From positions 9,001 to 73,000 of the forward strand of contig CACHBU010000003.1 in NCBI GenBank assembly GCA_902578135.1: a DNA stretch of 64,000 nt, in the 5' to 3' direction. Of the stretch, positions 57,924 to 64,000 are shown piece by piece. Source of the stretch: an uncultured Candidatus Actinomarina sp. GTDB taxonomy: Bacteria > Actinomycetota > Acidimicrobiia > Actinomarinales > Actinomarinaceae. Position numbers and translations under genes: made by a program. The notes beneath the pieces are model-generated. The model was not told the DNA's origin. It ran no database searches and worked only from the letters and a program-made list of their open reading frames with translations. Each line of letters opens with the position of its first letter. Position 1 is the stretch's first letter.

Positions 57924-58724
57924 TTAGTTTAATGCTATGACGAGACACTGACATGCACCGCCTGATTTTAAAAACTCTGAAACATTTGCAACTTTAGAAG
58001 TTAATCCAAGATCCTCGACTACTTTTATGGCATCTATGTTTTCAGATGGAAAAATAACTGTATCTTCTATAACAACTGCATTACAAGCAAGCTCGTTGGC
58101 ATCACTCTCAGATACGGGTATCAATTCAAATAATTCAGAAAATGCACTTAAAGAATTATCTTTAAAAGCCTCGGGATAGAAAATTGCATGACCATTAGAG
58201 AAATGTTGAAAACAGGTATCTAAATGATAGAACTTCTCTTGGGCTAGCTCTACAATGACTGGTTCTAATTCAAAGTGTTCTGCAATATAAAGGAGTGCCT
58301 CTTTATCACTTCTTACTCCATACGAACCAACTAGATAGTCTCCATAAACAAAAGCATCTCCTCGACCCTCAAATTTATAATCAGAGGGGATTCTTGAAAC
58401 ATTGTACTCATTTTCTTTAAACCATTTGATATAAATTTCCTCTTCACCCCTACGCTCTTCAAATTTGAAGTTAGCGATTAATACATCATTACCTCTAATT
58501 ATTCCTGAGTTTGCAGTAAAAACTAAATCAGGATGGTTTTCACTTGGAGGTACTACTTTTACTTCTGCTCCTGCTTCCTCAATTGTTTGTTTGAGGCCAT
58601 TCCACTGATCTTTTGCTAGTTCGAGGTCAACGTTTGTTCCTGGAACCATCCAAGGATTTATCGAGTATTCAACTTTAAAATACTCTGGGGAACTCATTAA
58701 AACTATCTTTTGAGACATAGGCAC
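57924..58724 (-). CDS. Amidinotransferase/DDAH-family enzyme (guanidino-group modifying enzyme superfamily)
   Basis: FYHLDTCF motif and C-terminal nucleophile context SGGACQCLV. 266 aa. Confidence 0.65.
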   Translation of the reverse strand: MPMSQKIVLMSSPEYFKVEYSINPWMVPGTNVDLELAKDQWNGLKQTIEEAGAEVKVVPPSENHPDLVFTANSGIIRGNDVLIANFKFEERRGEEEIYIKWFKENEYNVSRIPSDYKFEGRGDAFVYGDYLVGSYGVRSDKEALLYIAEHFELEPVIVELAQEKFYHLDTCFQHFSNGHAIFYPEAFKDNSLSAFSELFELIPVSESDANELACNAVVIEDTVIFPSENIDAIKVVEDLGLTSKVANVSEFLKSGGACQCLVIALN

Positions 58725-58736
58725 AGTTTACATTTT

Positions 58737-58753
58737 TATACATTAAATGTATA
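58737..58753. promoter_or_regulatory. 17-bp palindrome TATACAT-TAA-ATGTATA in a divergent promoter region
   Basis: 7-bp perfect arms in the centre of the 38-bp spacer between the amidinotransferase-like and GNAT genes. Confidence 0.3.
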
Positions 58754-58762
58754 TTTTTACAT

Positions 58763-59284
58763 ATGAAAGAATATTCTTTTTCTTCTATAGACGGTGACCT
58801 AGCTGCTAAATGTCATGAATTAAATGAAAAGAACGTACCTAATGTTGGGTCTCGCTCTTTAGAAGAATTAACAAATTCTATTGAAAACTCAGACTATAAC
58901 GAAGCTATTGTTTTCGAAAATAAAGTAATTGGATTTGTGGTTTGTTTCCAAGACAATGAATTAACAAAATCTTACATGAAGAAAACTGCACATAAAAATT
59001 TTAAAGAAATTAGCAACAGAGTTGATAATTTTTTGTACATTGACAGAATTGCTGTTGATGCTAGATATAGAAACAATAAGTTAGGCACAAGTCTTTATAA
59101 AAATATTTTAAATTACGCAAAAGAAAACTCAATAGAACATTTAACTGCTGAAATAAATTTGCTTCCATCTATTAATGAAGCCTCATTTAAATTTCATGAG
59201 TCTTTTGGTTTTGAAGAATTAGGAAGTGTAAAATATTCTGAAGATTACGAGGTCTCATTACAAAAGCTAGTATTAAATAGTTAG
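58763..59284 (+). CDS. GNAT-family N-acetyltransferase (COG3818-like)
   Basis: FLYIDRIAVDARYRNNKLGTSLY and INLLPSINEASFKFHESFGFEELG. Confidence 0.75.
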   Translation: MKEYSFSSIDGDLAAKCHELNEKNVPNVGSRSLEELTNSIENSDYNEAIVFENKVIGFVVCFQDNELTKSYMKKTAHKNFKEISNRVDNFLYIDRIAVDARYRNNKLGTSLYKNILNYAKENSIEHLTAEINLLPSINEASFKFHESFGFEELGSVKYSEDYEVSLQKLVLNS

Positions 59285-59293
59285 AATACATTT

Positions 59294-59575
59294 ATGCAAT
59301 TTGAATTACCTAGGCGACATAGAAAAAGTTTTGAAGTATCGACAAAAAAGAAATTAAATACAAAATTTAATAAAACAGAATCACTTGAAATTTTTGAGAC
59401 TATAAAAAAAGAATATGATAGTAGTCCAGTAACATTTGGTTCTTCGTCTGGTAAAAAAGAAGCACTATTAGAACTACTAATTATTACTGCAAGTCAGATA
59501 GCAGCAGAATACAAAGACTGTGATGTTGTGCTCAATCAGGGAGTTCCTGAAATTAAAAAGATTAGATCATCATGA
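59294..59575 (+). CDS. Hypothetical 93-aa protein
   Basis: ORF only. Its stop overlaps the start of the next gene by 4 nt. Confidence 0.4.
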   Translation: MQFELPRRHRKSFEVSTKKKLNTKFNKTESLEIFETIKKEYDSSPVTFGSSSGKKEALLELLIITASQIAAEYKDCDVVLNQGVPEIKKIRSS

Positions 59576-60558
59576 CAAAATTAATTATTGATGCTGACAC
59601 CGGATCAGATGATGCAGTTGCCTTATTAATGGCATATCGCAATTTACCAGAAGATAAAATACTTGGTGTTACAGTTGTTGCAGGAAATGTTCCACTTGAA
59701 CAAGGATTGATAAACACAAGTTACGTAAATGAACTTTGTGAAGTACAAATCCCAATATACAAAGGAGCTGAGAGGCCCTTAGATAGAAATTACATTGAAG
59801 TTCATGATTCAGATGAATCAACAAAAATAGCTCTCAGCTATGGAAATGATTCTACTTCAGCACAAAATGTGCATGGTGTAGATGGCTTAGGTGATATCGG
59901 TATTAAGCCCCAAAACCATAAAATTGAACATTCATCTGCACAAGATTTCTATAAGCAAATTTTAGAAGAACAGGAAGAAATTGAAATCGTGACATTAGGG
60001 CCTCTAACAAATATTGCTGGTTTGGTACAAAATAATTCTGATAAGTTAGGCAAAATAAGACACTGCTACATTATGGGTGGAAGCTCAAATGCATTAGGGA
60101 ATATTACTAAGTTTGCTGAATATAATTTCTGGGTAGACCCAGAGGCTGCAGATATTGTACTAAACTCTGGAATTCCAATTACAGTAATTGGTTGGGATCC
60201 ATCACTATATGATGCCATGATAGACACAGAAAAAATTCAAGAAATAGAATCTATTGGTACAAAATATTCCAAATTTACCAATGATATTCAAGTTGTCCTA
60301 AGAGAAATGATGAAAGATATATTTGGAAGTGATAGTTATGACTTGCCTGATCCATTAGCAATGTCGGTTTACTTAGATAATGAAATTATTAGTCAATCTG
60401 CCCAAGTAAATGTAAGAGTTGATACAAGAGATGGAATGACAAGAGGTGGTTGTGTTCTTGATTATCTTAATTTAGAACCTGATGCACCAAAAGTGCGAGT
60501 AGTTCAGAGATGTCATGGAGACAAGTTTTATAATCTTTTAAAGCAAAGTCTTGCTTAA
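59572..60558 (+). CDS. Nucleoside hydrolase (IU-NH family)
   Basis: N-terminal DADTGSDDAVAL aspartate cluster. 328 aa. Confidence 0.85.
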   Translation: MTKLIIDADTGSDDAVALLMAYRNLPEDKILGVTVVAGNVPLEQGLINTSYVNELCEVQIPIYKGAERPLDRNYIEVHDSDESTKIALSYGNDSTSAQNVHGVDGLGDIGIKPQNHKIEHSSAQDFYKQILEEQEEIEIVTLGPLTNIAGLVQNNSDKLGKIRHCYIMGGSSNALGNITKFAEYNFWVDPEAADIVLNSGIPITVIGWDPSLYDAMIDTEKIQEIESIGTKYSKFTNDIQVVLREMMKDIFGSDSYDLPDPLAMSVYLDNEIISQSAQVNVRVDTRDGMTRGGCVLDYLNLEPDAPKVRVVQRCHGDKFYNLLKQSLA

Positions 60559-61163
60559 TGGTTTCAAGCTCTGCAGTAATAGAGTTAATAATCCTTCAAA
60601 TTAGTGTCGCTTTTAGCCCTGGTTTAATAATTGCTCTAATTGTTAATGAATCTGTACAAAAAAGTAGAAAAAATGGACTTCAAGTAGCAGGGGGTGCAGC
60701 AACAGGGGCAATTTTTATTACAATCATTACGGCTGGAGTTGTCACATTTGTTTTTAATTTAATTCCTCAAATTTTAACCATTATTTATATCGTTGGAATT
60801 ATCTACATTTTATACAAAGGCATCGATACTATCAGATCTAGTGTTGAGACCCAAAGTAAAGTTATTAGTAGTGGATCGTTTAATGCAGGAATGAAACTAA
60901 ACCTCATTAATCCAAAGATGTGGGTATTTTATCTTTCTGTATTACCTATTTTTGTTATGGAAAGTGGAAATGTATTTTTACAGTTAATTTACTTAGGGAT
61001 TGTAACTATTTTTGTTAACCTCATTGCAGATGTTAGCTATGCATTCATGAGTAGTTACTTTTTCCAAACTTCTTCTATTAAAACAAAGAAGCTAATAAAT
61101 ACAATTAGTGGTATTTGTTTGGTCTTAATTGGAATTTATCTATTTTTCAGTAGATTTCTTTGA
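60558..61163 (+). CDS. LysE-family amino-acid exporter
   Basis: 201 aa, 6 TM, AFSPGLI near the N-terminus. Confidence 0.7.
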   Translation: MVSSSAVIELIILQISVAFSPGLIIALIVNESVQKSRKNGLQVAGGAATGAIFITIITAGVVTFVFNLIPQILTIIYIVGIIYILYKGIDTIRSSVETQSKVISSGSFNAGMKLNLINPKMWVFYLSVLPIFVMESGNVFLQLIYLGIVTIFVNLIADVSYAFMSSYFFQTSSIKTKKLINTISGICLVLIGIYLFFSRFL

Positions 61164-62084
61164 ATCTTTAGCATCATCATCTTTAAATAATTCTGCCACT
61201 GCCCCGATGCTTCCAAGTGTTGCTGAAAGATCTGCAGGTAAGAAAATCTTTGTTGCCTTTCCATTCGCAACTTTTTCTAAAGATTCAAGATACTTGATTG
61301 CAATTAAGTCATTTGTTGGATCACCTTTATGAATTGCATCAAAAACTTTTTCAATTGCTTCTGCCTCACCTTCAGCGATCGCAATTTTTTCATACTTCTG
61401 TGCATCAGCAACTTGCTTCAATGCTTCAGCTTCACCAGTAGCATCAAGAACTTGTGATTCTTTTCTACCTTCTGCAGTAAGAATAGCTGCTCTCTTTTCA
61501 CCTTCTGCTTCTGTTACGACAGCTCTTCTATCTCTCTCAGCTTTCATAACTTTGTTCATAGCATCTTGAACGTCTTGAGGCGGATCAATTCTTTGAATTT
61601 CAACTCTTACAACTCTTGTTCCCCACTTATCAGTAGCTTCATCAAGAATTAATTTAAGAGAAGTGTTAATTGTTTCCCTTGAAGTTAATGCAGCATCTAA
61701 CTCAAGGTCACCAACAACATTTCTTAGGTTAGTTTGTGCTAATTTTGTAGCTGCAGTAATAAAATCTCCCACGTTATAGACGAGTTTCTTTGGGTCAGTT
61801 GGTTCATAGTAAATAACAGCATCAACTGTAATAGTTACATTATCTTTGGTAATAACTTCTTGTGGAGGAACATCTATAACTTGTTCTCTCATATCAACAA
61901 TAATAATTCTCTCAAGTCCAGGTATTACAATATTCAATCCTGAACTAGCCTCTCTGTTAAACTTACCTAATCTTTCAACTAAGCCAGTTTCAAAGGGTCT
62001 AATAATTCTGAAGATTCTAAAAAGTATTACCCCTAGGAATACAATTATTAAAATCCATCTAACTAATCCAAATATAAATTCCAT
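61140..62084 (-). CDS. SPFH/band-7 (stomatin/prohibitin-like) protein
   Basis: N-terminal TM helix, an SPFH domain (RVEIQRIDPPQDVQDAM) and an Ala/Glu-rich coiled coil. Confidence 0.88.
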   Translation of the reverse strand: MEFIFGLVRWILIIVFLGVILFRIFRIIRPFETGLVERLGKFNREASSGLNIVIPGLERIIIVDMREQVIDVPPQEVITKDNVTITVDAVIYYEPTDPKKLVYNVGDFITAATKLAQTNLRNVVGDLELDAALTSRETINTSLKLILDEATDKWGTRVVRVEIQRIDPPQDVQDAMNKVMKAERDRRAVVTEAEGEKRAAILTAEGRKESQVLDATGEAEALKQVADAQKYEKIAIAEGEAEAIEKVFDAIHKGDPTNDLIAIKYLESLEKVANGKATKIFLPADLSATLGSIGAVAELFKDDDAKDSKKSTEK

Positions 62085-62093
62085 AATCTTATT

Positions 62094-62528
62094 TTACTCC
62101 TCGCTCGTTTGTACTTCTAATTTTGTACCATTGACATTTATTACTTTTACTTCAGTACCTGATGGAATTCTCTTATCTAATGATACTACTTGCCAGTCGT
62201 CACCATATACATGCTGAAGTGTTGGATCATATTTGTCTAATTCTTCCGTTGTGACAAAAGTTGTACCTATATATTTATTTACACCTTCAGAAAAGTTTTC
62301 TGATTCTTCTTTTTTTCCTCTTCTTGGACCAAATATTTTTACAGAAATATATACTCCAACAATACTAAATACGACAAATGTTCCAAGTTGAATATCCTGA
62401 CTATCGGTAATAAGTGAGGCAATACCTGCGGAAAACGCTCCAATTGCAAAGGGTAACATGAAAAAGGTAGTTACTAATAATTCGGCAAGTACTAAAACTG
62501 CAGCGGCAATGAACCAGATTTGTGTCAT
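62094..62528 (-). CDS. NfeD-family membrane protein
   Basis: 144 aa with N-terminal TM segments and a C-terminal OB-like domain. Lies immediately upstream of the SPFH gene. Confidence 0.75.
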   Translation of the reverse strand: MTQIWFIAAAVLVLAELLVTTFFMLPFAIGAFSAGIASLITDSQDIQLGTFVVFSIVGVYISVKIFGPRRGKKEESENFSEGVNKYIGTTFVTTEELDKYDPTLQHVYGDDWQVVSLDKRIPSGTEVKVINVNGTKLEVQTSEE

Positions 62529-62537
62529 ACTGACAAT

Positions 62538-62906
62538 CTAACTATCTTGGTTGTCCATTTCAAGTTGTTCTTGTTCAAAACGATTTAATGCTAATAGAAA
62601 CATTACGAACAATATTGAAGATCCGATTAAAAAAGTTATAGGAAGAATTCTTATTTCAAATGCATTTAGTCCATCAATTGAAGCCGGTGCGGGACCTCTT
62701 GGTGCGTAAAGAATAAAAAATATTGAGTTGATTACACCCCAACCAAATATTGCTGCTCCAGTAATTAAAAAACCTAGTCTTTTTCCCACGTTTGTGGCGT
62801 TTAACAAAAATGTGGAACCAGCAAAGACAATTAGAGAACCTATAAACATTATGATTCCCGTAACTAACAGGTTAGAAGAGAGAAGAGATCTCATTATTTC
62901 ACGCAT
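62538..62906 (-). CDS. Hypothetical 3-TM membrane protein co-transcribed with cytochrome c
   Basis: 122-aa ORF that overlaps the cytochrome c gene by 8 nt. Confidence 0.5.
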   Translation of the reverse strand: MREIMRSLLSSNLLVTGIIMFIGSLIVFAGSTFLLNATNVGKRLGFLITGAAIFGWGVINSIFFILYAPRGPAPASIDGLNAFEIRILPITFLIGSSILFVMFLLALNRFEQEQLEMDNQDS

Positions 62907-64000
62907 CAGGTTCCATTCCTCTCAAATAGTCAATAATTAATTCTATATCTGATTGAGGAAGAACAGCACCAAAACCTGGCATTTTTCCTCCTCCTACACC
63001 ATTAACTCCGTATGCTTTTCCGTTTACAGAGCCTTTAATAATAAAGTCAATAAAGTCTTCTCTTTGCTTAAACTGAATATTTACTCTTCCTGCTCTTAGC
63101 GCAGGTCCCAATCCACCTGAAGCAATCTCTTTTGTATATGCTACACCAGCTGAATAACCAGCGGTGTGACATCTTGCACAGTATGCATTGAATAATCCAA
63201 CTGCTCTTTTAGCCTTTTCGAGATCACCTTCGAAAGTTGAGTCTGCAATTTCATCAAATGAAACTTCCCACAACTTCTCTTCAAGAGCTTTTTCTAAGAA
63301 AGCAAGACCAGTCTCTGCCTCATTTAAAAACTTGTCATATCCCTCTGAAATTATTGTAATGTTGATAAGTTCTGATTCTAATTGTGATAAAAATCCATTT
63401 GCCACAGACTTATCTTTTCTTCCCGGAATAGATTCTTCATTATCTGGATCAAGATTCAATATTGACGTACCAAGTATTTCATTTACATTTGCACTATATG
63501 TTGATATATCTACTTCTACTGAGTCGCTCAGACCATCTTCGTCTGTATCTATTCCACCTTCTTTAGAAAGTAGAGCAGAAATATCTTCAACAGCTTTTTG
63601 TACAACTGGCAATTTTGTTGGAGAATCTTTTACACTTTGGATTAATTCTTTTTGTCGTGCAATTTCATTTTCTACAAGTAACTCAGAGGTTTCAAGACGT
63701 AATAATGAGCTGTTAATATTTGCATCTATCGTCGCCAATTCTTCATTCTGTGGAATTTGGAAATGGTGCATATATTCAATTAAGTCGTCTAACTGGCCGT
63801 CGTTCATTGGTCCTCCACCTTCAAGGCCCCATGCGGGCATAGGTGAATTGGCACGGCCATAAATTAACCAATATCTTACTTCATCATCATCGTATCTAAA
63901 AAATACATTATTTATTGCCGGTGCTTCCCAGGTAACGCTAATTCCACTTCTTTTTTCTACATAAGAAGCTGCACCACCAGAACCATCTACACCATGACAG
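62899..64000 (-). CDS. Dihaem c-type cytochrome (QcrC-like), partial; N-terminus lies beyond the window
   Basis: The reading frame stays open upstream of the ORF-track Met: ...CHGVDGSGGAASY...GRANSPMPAWG is the end of the first CxxCH domain. The second haem site is CARCH, followed by ...GGGKMPGFG. Confidence 0.8.
   Translation of the reverse strand, partial: CHGVDGSGGAASYVEKRSGISVTWEAPAINNVFFRYDDDEVRYWLIYGRANSPMPAWGLEGGGPMNDGQLDDLIEYMHHFQIPQNEELATIDANINSSLLRLETSELLVENEIARQKELIQSVKDSPTKLPVVQKAVEDISALLSKEGGIDTDEDGLSDSVEVDISTYSANVNEILGTSILNLDPDNEESIPGRKDKSVANGFLSQLESELINITIISEGYDKFLNEAETGLAFLEKALEEKLWEVSFDEIADSTFEGDLEKAKRAVGLFNAYCARCHTAGYSAGVAYTKEIASGGLGPALRAGRVNIQFKQREDFIDFIIKGSVNGKAYGVNGVGGGKMPGFGAVLPQSDIELIIDYLRGMEPDA

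Noticed and set aside
58763-59575. GNAT plus adjacent 93-aa ORF as a possible GNAT-toxin/antitoxin (TacAT-like) pair.
   Set aside because: The gene order is the reverse of known GNAT TA modules, where the antitoxin comes first. The GNAT resembles the COG3818 metabolic family. The small ORF shows no RHH/DUF1778-like pattern and is translationally coupled to a nucleoside hydrolase.
1-64000. Search for CRISPR arrays, IS elements, integrases, prophage or defence-island signatures, and for rRNA, tmRNA or RNase P.
   Set aside because: None was seen. There are no spaced direct-repeat arrays, no transposase- or recombinase-like ORFs and no long non-coding stretches. Both tRNA genes are flanked by ordinary housekeeping genes with no att-like duplications that I could detect by eye.

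Overview
The window is very AT-rich (roughly one-third G+C by eye) and almost entirely coding. Many genes overlap by 1-30 nt, and I saw no rRNA, CRISPR array, transposase, integrase or recognisable defence genes. The gene order pth-rplY ... mfd-mazG-eno-ftsB-DUF501-ppx matches conserved actinobacterial synteny. Together with a PR/XR-type rhodopsin, this suggests a streamlined marine actinobacterium such as Actinomarinales, but that is inference only.

Content by region:
- Paired ABC exporters.
- A menA-menG pair whose MenA carries an N-terminal PNPOx-like domain.
- A TlpA/DsbB thiol-oxidation pair.
- A monocistronic DTE-motif rhodopsin next to a class II photolyase.
- A CUT1 sugar-uptake locus with two paralogous binding proteins and a ROK kinase.
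- The housekeeping block, plus two tRNAs: Leu-UAA and Arg-CCU.
- A biotin/fatty-acid supercluster: birA | acyl-CoA carboxylase beta-bioY-carboxylase alpha-acpS-fabD-fabH-fabG-acpP-fabF | fabI.
- A C2/C3 anaplerotic block: ppdK, an archaeal type II GAPDH-like gene, aceA-aceB, pntAA-AB-B and glycerate kinase.
- A 1048-aa secreted GH57 enzyme.
- A small amidinotransferase/GNAT/nucleoside hydrolase/LysE cluster.
- SPFH-NfeD next to a dihaem cytochrome c that runs off the 3' edge.

I found no self-contained novel gene system. The best candidates for new biology are regulatory or architectural:
1. CRP/GlxR-like TGTGA-N6-TCACA operators sharing the extended half-site TTTCACAA lie upstream of the rhodopsin, upstream of menA, and in three copies upstream of aceA.
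2. The aceAB leader has an intrinsic terminator that directly abuts a strong SD and a 28-codon uORF overlapping the aceA start.
3. The PNPOx-MenA fusion.
4. The archaeal-type GAPDH homologue.

All functional calls rest on motif recognition by eye. No database search was run.
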